The notes under the pieces were generated by a model. The model saw nothing but the letters and a program-made list of their open reading frames with translations, was not told the origin of the DNA and did not search any database. A DNA stretch of 34,736 nucleotides from Raja brachyura (Eukaryota): assembly GCA_963514005.1 (NCBI GenBank), contig CAUPSL010000466.1, forward strand, positions 1 to 34,736, given 5' to 3'. The position numbers and the translations under genes were made by a program. Below, one piece after another: positions 12,511-24,540 of this stretch; the stretch's first letter is position 1, and every line of letters starts with the position of its first letter.

Positions 12511-12858
12511 ATTACGTTGGGAGACCTCACCATTGGGGGAACAGACATGTTCTGAGTCACATTTTTCATTAAAATCATTAACATAATTCCTGCCAGCTTT
12601 CAACACACTTCGGTACAATGTTACGACGCAGGAACACCCTGAAGTTTTCACCTCACTGGAAGGGGAGGGCGAATTGCTAATGCAACACGCATGGGAAGTG
12701 AAATTGGATTGTTTTAAACCCACTGCTGAGGAGGCAGGGGAGTGCTGGAATCATACGTTCAAGAACGGCTTGTGTTGGATGACCACGCCTCCCGTGGGGG
12801 ATACGGTAGGAGACGGGTGTATTCGGGAGCAGAGCCAACGTGTATGCAATTTGTCTAG
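12511..12858 (+). mobile_element. 3' part of Helitron-like unit 3
   Basis: Homologous to 5360-5711. Ends GCAGAGCCAACGTGTATGCAATTTGTCTAG|T. Confidence 0.65.
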
Positions 12859-12897
12859 TATATATTAATACCTACAAACACACACACACAGCCACAC

Positions 12898-12898
<1 letters not shown>

Positions 12899-12954
<56 letters not shown>
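12899..12954. repeat. (TA)n microsatellite
   Basis: Perfect TA run preceded by (CA)n. Confidence 0.95.
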
Positions 12955-12959
<5 letters not shown>

Positions 12960-13025
12960 CCAAGTGCAGACCCGTTGGGTCTGCTCGCCCACCGCCCCCG
13001 CTCCCTACCCCAAGAACACACGGGA
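12955..13025 (-). mobile_element. Helitron-like 3' terminus in inverted orientation
   Basis: TTAGACCAAGTGCAGACCCGTTGGGTCTGC is the reverse complement of the unit end and has a perfect 8-bp hairpin stem. Confidence 0.6.
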
Positions 13026-13033
13026 GTATATAT

Positions 13034-13519
13034 ATAGAAACATAGAAACATAGAAAATAGGTGCAGGAGTAGGCCATTCGGCCCTTCGAGCCTGCACCGC
13101 CATTCAATGTGATCATGGCTGATCATCCAACTCAGTATCCCGTACATGCCTTCTCTCCATACCCCCTGATCCCTTTAGCCACAAGTCCCACATCTAACGC
13201 CCTCTTAAATATAGCCAATGAACTGGCCTCAACTACCTTCTGTGGCAGAGAATTCCAGAGACTCACCACTCTCTGTGTAAAGAATGTTTTCCTCCTTTCG
13301 GTCCTAAAGGAATTCCTCCTGATCCTTAGACTGTGACCCCTTGTTCTGGACGCCCCCAACATCGGGAACAATCTTCCAGCATCTAGCTTGTCCAACCCCT
13401 TAAGAATTTTGTAAGTTTCTATAAGATCCCCCCTCAATCTTCTAAATTCCAGCGAGTACAAGCCGAGTCTATCCAATCTTTCCTCATATGAAAGTCCTGA
13501 CATCGCAGGAATCAGTCTG
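13034..13519 (-). mobile_element. CR1 3' fragment
   Basis: (AGAAACAT)n tail; GLSYEERLDRLGLYSLEFRRLRGDLIETYKIL...FFTQRVVSLWNSLP. Confidence 0.95.
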
Positions 13520-13777
13520 CGCGCGCATATAGTACGGATATATATGTATGGATATAGTATTGGTACAGATATATCTATATGTGTGTGTATATATGTGCCG
13601 CTGTTACACCAGCATTTTTTGTCGACCACTCTTCCTTCTTCTCTAGAATTAACCCTCTCTCCCTCTCACTCTCGACATACATAATGGGTCGCTGAGAGGT
13701 GTGCAAAGCGCGAAGTTGACGTGAGTGACATTTCTCGCTCAAGCTCTCAGGACTGGGAGAAAATACTGGAATGAACA

Positions 13778-13814
13778 ATGCTTCTAACACTGCGCCTGAT
13801 CCACCCCGTTCACT
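13778..13814 (+). pseudogene. TRBV: leader exon of psiV-c
   Basis: ATG CTT CTA ACA CTG CGC CTG ATC CAC CCC GTT CAC T|GTGAGC (MLLTLRLIHPVH), 37 nt like the leader at 774. The upstream ~100 bp and the downstream intron also align. Confidence 0.8.
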
Positions 13815-14063
13815 GTGAGCGAAAGTGGATTAAGTGTTCCTAAATTCTTTGCCGCTCACTTAATTTCTTCTTCGTATCGCCTTTCTTTGACCTCGTTTAT
13901 ACAATAGACGTGATCTCAATCCATCTTTGTCGCGGCTTCGTTTTCTTCTCACACTCTTATGCCTTTAGACACCCCTCTCCTCTTCCATCCCAATCCCACA
14001 CTCATCTCGTCTTTAATCCTCTTCTTTACTGGACTAGGGTGGGTTGGGGGGGGGGGGGGGGCA

Positions 14064-14322
14064 TAGCGGCGCTGTCGCACAGTTGGTAGAGCCACAGCAT
14101 CACAAACGCCGGAGACAGGGACCCTGACGTCGGGTGCTGTTTTGGTAGAATTTGCACGTTGTCCATGTGAATCACGAGCGGTGTCCTGTGGTTGCCCCTT
14201 TTGCTTCCCATGTCACAAGGACGTACAGGGTTTGAAAGGGTAATTGATAGGGTAATTACATTCTAAATGGCCCCTTGTTGCTAGTGAGTGAAATTGGGAA
14301 AACATATAAATATTGTGAATGG
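14064..14322 (+). mobile_element. HE1-like SINE split by the L1 (continues ~20443-20480)
   Basis: GCGGCGCTGTCGCACAGTTGGTAGAG...CCTGACGTCGGGTGCTGT...TTTGCACGTTGTCCATGTGA. Resumes TGATCTGTGGTTGGTGTGGAC after the L1. Confidence 0.65.
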
Positions 14323-17300
14323 AGACTTCCGGTGGCGCCATGTTCTAAGAGGGAATCGCGCCAGATCAGCTCCGCAAAAATCTGCAGAAGAAACGGGGGT
14401 AAAGGGGACAGCTAACGGTACTTACCGCAGGAGAACGACTTGGAACGGCTCCGGGTGCGATTGCAAGGTGCGTGACGTCATCAGGCGCGCGACCCCAGTA
14501 AGACATTTAAAATGCAGCACTCCCCCCCCCCCCCCCCCCACTGCAAAAAAAGTTGTAAAAAGGGAGGTAGGCCTCACTGGAGCCTCGGGCTCGAGTTTGG
14601 CTGCCTCCCGGGAAGAGATCTCACTGAAGAAAAGTGAAATGGAGGAACTTAAAAACTCCATGTTAGGTGAGATGAAGAAACTGCTGAGAGAAATGAAGAA
14701 GTAATATAAAGATGAAATAAAACATTTAAGAGCAGATATCCAGGTGTTTCATGAAAGAATTAAAGATGAATTAACAAAAGAAGTCATAACGACGGTAAAG
14801 ATCATGATGAATGAATGGAAAGAAAAGGCGAACGCTGAGTTTCAAACCCAAATGGCTGAGGTAAACGACAAGGTTGCTGGGATAGAAAAAATAATGGATG
14901 CGAAGATAGATCCTATTTTAAACTCATTCGACCAACAAAATGATGCAATTAAAGAACTGACTGAACTTGCTGTATCAAGTAATAAGGAGAGAGAGAAGCT
15001 ACGCGCCGAGAATAAACGCCTCTCAGCGCTACTACGCAAAATAAATGAGAAATGTATTGATTTGGAGGGACGACAAAGACGTAAGAATCTGCTTATAGTA
15101 GGATTGAGCGAGGGTCGTGAAGGAAATCAAGACCCGCGAAAATTTGCTGCAAAACTCCTAAAGGACATTCTGAATTTGGATCAAGAACCCCTGTTGGGAC
15201 GTGCGCACAGGGCTTTAAGACGGGCCCCTGGGAGAGGTGCACCACCAAGAAAAATGATTGTAAAGGTGGCTTATGATCACGTCTTCGAAGAAATGATGAA
15301 GATAATAATAAGAAAGAGAAATCTGAAATATGAGGGAGACAACTTCAGTATTTTCAGAGATTACCCAGCGGAAGTGGCTAAGAGAAGATCTTTATTCACA
15401 GAAACAAGAGGCATTCTGAGGAATATAAAGGATACAAAGGATCTGAGATATGGCTTCATGTACCCAGCAACATTGAGAGTAACCTACGATAACAAGGAAT
15501 ACCGTTTCGTTAAGCATACTGAAGCACTGGAATTCGCTCGAGATATACAGAAGAAGGCAGAAGAGGAAGCAGAAGAAGAAGCACTGGAGGAAGAAGAAGA
15601 TGACTGAACTTTTATCACCGGCCTGCGGTTATGAATTACTCACCGAGAAAGAGGAGGAATAATGGACACGAAGTTGTAGTTTTGTATTAATTATTAAATT
15701 TTCAATTATTCCCCGAATATAGTATTACTTATTATAATACTAATTGTAATAGAAACTAGTAACTAGAAACTAGTAATATGAATAATAGAAATAACTACTA
15801 AGTATATAAAGTTAGTACCCCACCCCAATATACACAGCATCCGAGATAGGAGCTGGAACAATTAACATTTTTTTTTTAAACGGAAGTCACTAGATTAATA
15901 GCCACGCTAGTGTGGCTTCCACTAATGCACACTGCACATTATATAAGTGTAGTTTCTTTTTTTTCTGGGCACCCTATTAACACCCTTTACTCTTTTTTTA
16001 TTTACATTTTTTATTATTTTTTATATATTAAATATTTGATCTTATATTATATATTATATGAATGTAGTTACGATCGATATTGTATAATTAGTTTAAGAAG
16101 ACATGTATATGGATTAATGGGGATAATAATTTTCATCAGATTGATGTTTGGGTGTAACGTAGAGCTGGAGGGGTCGAGAAGGCTACTCAAAAAAAAGCCA
16201 CCCTAACAGTAAAATGCAAGACATGAATGTGAAGACTGGGGGTGATGGAATTACCTTCTGTAGTTGGAATGTTAAGGGAATTAATGAACCAATTAAAAGG
16301 GGAAAGGTGTTAGCTCAGTTGAACAGATTGAAATCAGACGTTACTTTCCTTCAAGAGACTCATCTTAAAAAAGATGCTCAACATAGATTAACAGCTAAAT
16401 GGATTTCAAAGGTGTATCACTCTTCATTTATACATAAATCCAGAGGAGTTGCAATAATTATTCGTAAAGGTATACCTTTTAAACAAAGTTCTATAATAGA
16501 GGATAAAGATGGTAGATATGTAATAATTACAGGGGAATTATATTCAAAAAAAGTAATTTTTATGAATATATATGCCCCTAACTTTGATAATCCATTATTT
16601 TTTAAGAAAATATTTAATAATATTCCTATATCCACTCAATATAATTTAATAATTGGGGGTGATTTAAATTGCACTTTAGATAACTATCTAGACAGATCTT
16701 CTACAAAAAGGAAAGCTGCCTCTAAATCAAGTAAACTTATAAATTATTTTATTAACACATCTAATGTTAAGGATATTTGGAGATTAGATAATCCATCCGG
16801 ACGAGAATATTCCTTTTTCTCGCCCGTATTTGGAACTTACTCGAGGATAGATTATTTTCTAATAGATTCAAAACTACTTCCTTTCACGTATGATGCAAAA
16901 TATCACAATATTATTATTTCAGATCATGCGCCACTAACATTCAAGATAAAATTAAAATATATATTTAACAAAACTACTGCTTTGAGATTTAATCCACAGA
17001 TATTAAAGGACAAGGACTGTTGTAATCATGTGGTGGAACAGATTAATTTATTTTTTGAAACTAATGACAAACCTGAAATTTCACCATCACTACTTTGGGA
17101 TACATTTAAAGCATTTATGCGTGGTGCAATAATATCAGCACAAGCATATTTTAATAAAGAAAATCGAAAGATGGAACAAAAGTTAGAAAATTAGATAAAA
17201 CAACTAGATAGCGAAAATATAAAACATCCTTCTAAAGAGTTAAGTAATAAAATTGCAATAGTAAAATATAGACTAAATAAAATATATTCTAACCAGGTCA

Positions 17301-20300
17301 TTAAACTTTTTCAACAAACCAAACAAGTGCATTTTGAATTTGGAGACAAACCACAAAAATTGCTAGCACGACAACTTAGAAAATTAGATGATGAAAAAAT
17401 GATACATAGAATTAGATCTGCGCATGGAAATATATTGACTATACCAAAATACATTAATGACAGATTTCTACAATATTATCAAAATTTTTATTCATCGAAA
17501 TTAACAGGACAAACAGATGGAATGGAAACATTCCTACAAGAATGTCAAATTAATAGTTTAGATCAGGAAGGTAGACACTTGTGAAATGCTGAAATAACAG
17601 TAAAAGATATTGAAGAATCAATTGGTTCGTTATGGAATGGAAAAGCTGCGGGCCCTGATGGCCTGAGTGCAGAATTTTATTAAAAAATTCAAGATCTGAT
17701 TTCCTCAAGATTACATACAGTGTATAGATATGCATATGAACAAGGAAAATTACCAGAATCTTTAAATGAATCCACAATTACACTCATTCCTAAGGTAGAC
17801 AAGGATTTGGAAGATCCTGGATCATATAGAGCGATTGCCCTTCTAAATACAGAACAAAAAATATTAACTAAAGTTTTATCTCGGAGATTAAGTCTGGTGA
17901 TCTCTAAATTAATACATTATGACCAAACAGGTTTTATTCCAAAACGCTATTCATCCCATAATCTTAGACGCTTGTTTAATATTATATATTCAAAAAGAGT
18001 ATGGGACACGGAATTAGCGGTTATATCGTTAGACGCAGAAAAGGCATTCGATCATTCGGTGGAATGGTTATATTTATTTAATATAATGGAAAAGTTTCAT
18101 TTGGGGGATAGATTTTGTAAATGGGTAAGAATTCTATATTCGAATCCTACTGCAAGAATTTTAACTAATCAAATACTATCAGCTAAATTTAAGCTCTCTA
18201 GGGGATGCAGACAGGGATGTCCGTTATCGCCTTTATTATTTGCTTTGGTGATAGAGCCTCTGGCGGAAAGAATTAGATCTGAACCTGAAATATATGGCTT
18301 TAATACTGACACAACAACTAATAAAATATCTTTATATGCAGATGATGTTTTGATTTATATTACAAAACCGGAAATTAGTATTCCCAAGCTGTTTAATGTT
18401 ATAACTAAATTTGGCACATTTTCTGGATATAGGATTAATTGCAACAAAAGTGATATTATGCCTATAACTGGAATAAATTTAAATATATTACAACAATACC
18501 CACTAAAAATAGTTACAGAAAAATTTAAATATTTAGGAATTAATGTAACTAAATCCTATAACTCATTAATTAAATCTAATTATCCTCAGCTACTAGATAA
18601 ACTTAGAAAAAACATTTTATATTGGAAAACACTTCCTATATCTATGATTGGTAGAATAAATGCTATAAAAATGGTTTTTCTACCACAATTGTTATATTTG
18701 TTTCAGGCTATTCCTTTTTTACTCCCGAAAACCTTTTTAAAAAAAATTGATAATATTGTTAATAGTTTTATTTGGGACTATAAAAATCATAGAATAAGTA
18801 AAACACATTTATGTAAATCTAAGATAAATGGAGGATTAGCACTTCCAAATTTTTAATATTATTTCTGGGCTGTCCAGATTAAGAATATGAATTTCTGGTG
18901 GGTAAATATGGATCATGAACCAATGTGGTTAAAGATGGAAAAGGAAGACTGTTTACCTTTCAACGTAGGCTCGATTCTCTTTGCCCCAAAGGAAGTACAA
19001 AAAAAAATTAGAGGGAAAACCCTATAATTTATAATAATAGACGCATTTGGAAACAAATAGTTAAGACTTTACATTTAGATAATCTCTCACTTAGACTACC
19101 AAATATGAATAACCCATTATTTAAACCCTCTATATTAGATGGGGGGTTTAGACATTGGGACGATTTAGGAATTAAAAGGATAGAGCACCTTTATAGAAAA
19201 GGAAAATTTATTTTATTCCAGGAGTTACAAGATATCTACGGATTGTCTCCACAACACTTGTTTAGGTACTTACAAATTAGAGATTATATTAAATCTAATA
19301 CACAAGATTATAAAAATAAAGATCCAGGATTATTAGATGAACTGTTTAACTTGCACCCAAATACAGAAACATTAATAGCTTATATATATAACATTATTTT
19401 GGATAAGGAGAATCCAATAACTGAAACATATCGTCAAGCATGGGAAAATGAAATTGGATTATCTATAACAAAAGAAAATTGGGAAGAAAGTTTACAACGA
19501 ATACATTGGTGTTCGTTAAATGCCAGACATACACTGATACAATTTAAAGTATTATATAGATTACATTATTCGAAAACTAAATTAAATAGTATCTTTCCCA
19601 ATCTCTCCTCTATTTGTGATAAATGTAAGAATTTAGAAGCAAATTTAATACATAGTTTTGTTACATGTCCCAAATTGAATTATTACTGGACAGAAATTTT
19701 TAAAGTTATTTCTGAAGTTCTTAAAGTTAGATTGGACCCTGACCCAAAGTTAATAATATTTGGAATTCCGGACTCAAATTTGGTACTTACAGTAAATCAA
19801 AGAAATGTCTTTGATTACTGTTTGATAATAGGGAAAAAAATCATACTGAAATTTTGGAAGGGAACATTATCCCCCACAATTAAAATGTGGGCAGCAGAGA
19901 TGTTGGAGACGTTACATTTAGAAAGAATTAGATTTGTCCTATTGGACAAATATAATTCCTTCGAACAGATATGGTCTCCATATATACAGTATTTAGAGAA
20001 GTAGCTGTTCTTGGCATCACAGCTCGACGGGTACCCTACGGGATTTGATGAGAATAATTCATTTTCATACTAGGATTAATATGCATGTCTCTATTGATAT
20101 TATCATTTGTAATAGTTTTATTTACAATATATTTTGTTGTTTTTCATTTATATATATATATAATATTTTTTCACCTTTTTGTTAGTGTTTTTTTTGGGGT
20201 TTTTTTCTTTTCTCTTTTTTCTTATATATAATCAAATTATTATTTAATCACATCTTTATTGATTTATAACTGCTCTATTCTTTTTCTATCTTTATTTCCA

Positions 20301-20429
20301 AAAAAATAGAAGATAATAATTATAAATGTGTTATTTGTATAAATATTGAATTAAGCTGATGTTTGTAAATTTGTTTTAAACATTGTAAATTGGTTACTTC
20401 TAATAAAAAAAGTTATAAAAAATATATAT
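14323..20429 (+). mobile_element. full-length L1 retrotransposon, inactive
   Basis: 5' end GACTTCCGGTGGCGCCATG. ORF1 ~14512-15607 (coiled coil, DLEGRQRRKNL, RAHR, YPATLRV; in-frame TAA 14702-14704). ORF2 16214-20004 (SWNVKG, LQETH, SRIDY, SDH, RQGCPLSP, YADD, CxxC..H..C) with stops and frameshifts. AATAAA 20402-20407. TSD ATATTGTGAATGG at 14310-14322 and 20430-20442. Confidence 0.95.
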
Positions 20430-20816
20430 ATATTGTGAATGGTGATCTGTGGTTGGTGTGGACCACACGGGACCATAAAACCAAAACACATCTGACCAGA
20501 ATTAGGACATTTTGCCCATAAAAACTACCCCGCCGTTCATTCATGGCTGATCTACATTTCCCTCTGTACCTCCTTCTCCCCATAACCATTGACGCGCTCA
20601 TAATTTGCTAACTTTGACCTCACTAGCGCCTTATCAAGCTTCAGCATTACAGCCTTGACATACGTCACGGTGGGTCGGAGGATCTGTTTTCCTAGCTGTG
20701 CCGTTGAATCAATTCAGATAATCGATGGCAGACTTTATTTTATTTTCTCCCTGTTCACTGCTTCGCGTCTCCGTGTTAGCCTATCGCCCACCCCCAACAC
20801 CGCGACTCTTTCATAG

Positions 20817-21057
20817 ATGCCACCTCGGTAACTGTTGTGTGCATTGTAGAGGGCAGTACCAGCAGCAATAATGAGATGTATGGTACAGACAATACCCGGG
20901 AGAGGAGCCACAGAACATGTTCTACTCTTCAACAGACGATTACGTGGCCACAAAGATAACGTGGGTTTTAGGGCAGAAAGACCGAACACGAATTGTACCT
21001 AAATTCCACCGGCTGGAAGTGGAGTCACCGAACGTGTATTTCGACGCCCGGTGACCT
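20817..21057 (+). pseudogene. TRBV: decayed TCR V exon psiV-c
   Basis: Acceptor ctttcatAG ends at 20816. Reads DATSVTV, an FR1 deletion, then CIVEGSTSSNNEM / WYRQYPGEEPQNMFYSS / GFRAERPNT / VYFDAR*. Second Cys lost. RSS remnant CACCACG-22-ACCAATAAG at 21058-21095. Confidence 0.85.
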
Positions 21058-22203
21058 CACCACGACAACGGAAACGCAGAGGAGACACCAATAAGCGGCC
21101 TCGTCCGGCCGTGAGTTATACGCACTGTCGCCAACATTCGCGCCTCAAGTCTGTCTATCTGACACATTCCATTGCCAACTATGCAACTATTTGCCGGTTT
21201 AATTATCATTGTGTAATTCCGCCTTCATCAATATACACGTTGGCTTCACTTCCCCAATCACTTACAAACCTGTGAATGCGGGACTATATTGCAAATATTA
21301 GACTTGTAGCAATGTCACACCGCTCTGCTCGTTGCAGAGTCGTTTCACGGGAGGTTCAGAGGCGGGGCGTGGGGAGGGGGAGTGGTGGGTGACGTGGATT
21401 TGGAAGGCTGCGAAGAGTTTAGCAGTTATGATTCCAGCGGGAAGAAAGAGTGAGAGTTGGGTGGGAACGAGTTGGGTANNNNNNNNNNNNNNNNNNNNNN
21501 NNNNNNNNNNNNNNNNNNNNNNNNNNNNNNNNNNNNNNNNNNNNNNNNNNNNNNNNNNNNNNNNNNNNNNNNNNNNNNNNNNNNNNNNNNNNNNNNNNNN
21601 NNNNNNNNNNNNNNNNNNNNNNNNNNNNNNNNNNNNATAGAGACGGATAGGATGAGGCATAAAGGAGAGTGATAGACTTAAATAGAGACAGTTATAGCAG
21701 TAAATAAACACTGAAAGAGTGAGTGATGCGAGCGAGCAAGTGTGTGAGTGTGAGNNNNNNNNNNNNNNNNNNNNNNNNNNNNNNNNNNNNNNNNNNNNNN
21801 NNNNNNNNNNNNNNNNNNNNNNNNNNNNNNNNNNNNNNNNNNNNNNNNNNNNNNNNNNNNNNNNNNNNNNNNNNNNNNNNNNNNNNNNNNNNNNNNNNNN
21901 NNNNNNNNNNNNNNNNNNNNNNNNNNNNNNNNNNNNNNNNNNNNGGTCCTGGGGAGACAGGGGCTGGAGGGAATGCCTGACAAATGAAACGGAAGGGAGG
22001 AACATGAGGGAGAGCTGGCGGGGAGGGATTCGTCAGAGTGGAATTGACGATTGGAATTGGTTAATGGAAGAAGGGGGGCGTTTTCAGCCCTTACTAAATG
22101 CGGCCATGTATTTGATGGAGATACGAAATGTTTGGACGCGAATAGAGTTATCGCTCAATTCCCAAGCAAATATTGTTACTAAGGGAATAATCTCCTGAGA
22201 AAT

Positions 22204-22239
22204 ATGCTCTGATACCGCATCTGATGCTATCCTTCCACT
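22204..22239 (+). pseudogene. TRBV: frameshifted leader exon of psiV-a2
   Basis: ATGCT-CTGATACCGCATCTGATGCTATCCTTCCACT|GTGCGTGAAA aligns to the leader at 774 with a 1-nt deletion, giving TGA at codon 3. Confidence 0.75.
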
Positions 22240-22405
22240 GTGCGTGAAACAAAACAAATACCTTCTTCTTTCTTCCCTTCACCCGCTCTTTATCTTCCCC
22301 CTTTACTCGCTCTATCGCTATTCTCAACGCGCAGTCATAGACATAGGTGACACACAAAAACATCACTTCCTCCTCCGGTGGCAGTAAGTGCCCCCCTCCG
22401 GCCAT

Positions 22406-22879
22406 GAAACATAGAAACATAGAAAATAGGTGCAGGAGTAGGCCATTCGGCCCTTCGAGCCTGCACCGCCATTCAATATGATCATGGCTGATCATCCAAC
22501 TCAGTATCCCGTACCTGCCTTCTCTCCATACCCCCTGATCCCTTTAGCCACAAGTGCCACATCTAACGCCCTCTTAAATATAGCCAATGAACTGGCCTCA
22601 ACTACCTTCTGTGGCAGAGAATTCCAGAGACTCACCACTCTCTGTGTAAAGAATGTTTTCCTCATTTCGGTCCTAAAGGAATTCCCCCTTATCCTTAGAC
22701 TGTGACCCCTTGTTCTGGACTCCCCCAACATCGGGAACAATCTTCCAGCATCTAGCTTGTCCAACCTCTTAAGAATTTTGTAGGTTTCTATAAGATCCCC
22801 CCTCAATCTTCTAAATTCCATCGAGTACAAACCGAGTCTATCCAATCTTTCCTCATATGAAAGTCCTGACATCCCAGGA
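22406..22879 (-). mobile_element. CR1 3' fragment in the psiV-a2 intron
   Basis: Tail repeats plus PGMSGLSYEERLDRLGLYS...; nearly identical to 13034-13519. Confidence 0.95.
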
Positions 22880-23340
22880 CTTTTTGTGCTGCTCACCAAT
22901 CTCTCTGAGTATATCTCTTCCCTGGATGTTTACGTCCTTAATCCACGTGTTCGCAATCGAATCTACCCCATCATTCAATCGTAGCTGATCTACATTTTCC
23001 TCTCAATACCATTCGCCTGCCCTCTCCCCATAACCCTTGACATACCTACCAATCTTGACTATCAATCTCGGCCTTCCAAAGACCTATTTCCCGGTTTGTA
23101 GATTAATTGGCCCTCAGTAAATCGCTCCCAATGCGTAGGGAGTGATGAGAAAGTGGGCTAACATAGAACTAATGTCAACGAAAGATCGATGGAAGGCGTG
23201 GACGCGGTGGCATAACGAGCCTTTTTCTATGCTGCATCTTGCAAACAATTTAATCAACCGTTCAAGGTTATTTGACTGTTTTACGTGTTCTCTTTGATCT
23301 GGGTCGCCGTGCTGACTCAACACCTCCGTCTCTTTCTCAG

Positions 23341-23569
23341 ATGATGCGTCGGTGACGGTCCATCAGAATTTGGAGGCGATGGCCGGATCTCCCGGACAGA
23401 AGGCTAGGTGGTGTACTATCGAGGACGGCAATAACAATCATGTGATGTACTACTGGTACAGACAATACCCGGGAGGAAGGGGGCAGAGAACCTGTTCTTC
23501 TCTTACGTTGCCGATAACGTGCAGAGAGGGGCACCTGTGCAGACAGAGAGTTTCCATCTGCCAAACAAG
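23341..23569 (+). pseudogene. TRBV: 3'-truncated TCR V exon psiV-a2
   Basis: Acceptor tctttctcAG ends at 23340. Reads VTVHQNLEAMAGSPGQKARWCTIEDGNNNHVMYYWYRQYPG, with the same frameshift and truncation as psiV-a1. Confidence 0.85.
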
Positions 23570-23711
23570 GTTACACGGATTATGGATCGGACACACCCCC
23601 TTCCTTTATTCGGGCCACTCAGAGATGAGCATAGAGCGAAGTTCATGTGAGCAGCTTTGTCGATCCTGCCCTCACCGATCTCAAAGCGGAGAGAACTAAC
23701 TCGGAACAAAG

Positions 23712-23748
23712 ATGCTTCTGATACTGCGTTTGCTCCTCTGCGTCCACT
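23712..23748 (+). CDS. TRBV: leader exon of intact V-b2
   Basis: MLLILRLLLCVH + T|GTGAGT. 792-bp intron to the AG ending at 24540. Spliced product begins MLLILRLLLCVHYATS/VTVHQTP. Confidence 0.9.
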
Positions 23749-24540
23749 GTGAGTGAAAGCGTATAACCTATTCCTTATTTGCTGCCCTCTTCCTTTCTTC
23801 TTAGCATTCCATTTATTTGACCTCGTTCCTCCGATAGATTACGTCTAAGTCAATCTTCGTGTCCGCTTCCTCTTCTTCTCAGGCTCTTTTCCCTTTTGCG
23901 ACCAACCCCTCTCCCTCTCCGCTCTCCATCATCTCGTCTTCATCCTCTTCCTTACCTCCTTAGGGAGCGGCACAGTGGCACAGATGCTGCTTCACCGCCG
24001 CCACACACCCGGGATCGATTCTGACCTCGGGTGATGCCGACTAATTAAGTACCTGTCAATCTCCGCTTAGAAATATGCAAATGGCCGTCTCCACAGCCGT
24101 CTGCGGCAATGATTTCCACAGATTCACTGGCTAAAGAGATTCCTCCTCATCTACATTTTAAATATACATCATTTCATCTGAGTCTGTGCCCCGTGATTCT
24201 GCAATCTCGCATTATCCGAAACGCACCTCATACGTTAACCCTATGATCTCCGGAATCATTTTCGTTAATCTGCTCTGGATCCTCTCCAACGAACGCATTC
24301 CCTTGATCGGACGTGGGACCCATGACTGCTCGAAATATGCGAAATGACACCTCACCAGCGTCGAAAAAAAGCTTCAGCATTACATCGTTAAACAATACGT
24401 TTCACTAGGACGAACAGTCTATTTTTATCGCTGCACATTTCAATCAATTCAGTTAATCCAAGAAAATAATGTTATATTCTCCCCGTCCTCTTTGCTCCGG
24501 GACTCGGTCTTTACTCAACGCCTCCCCGTCTTTTACACAG

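Noticed and set aside
21479-21944. N runs as assembly gaps hiding genes
   Set aside because: They are flanked by GA/GT simple repeats, and similar runs recur at homologous sites in the duplication, so masking is more likely. Their content cannot be assessed.
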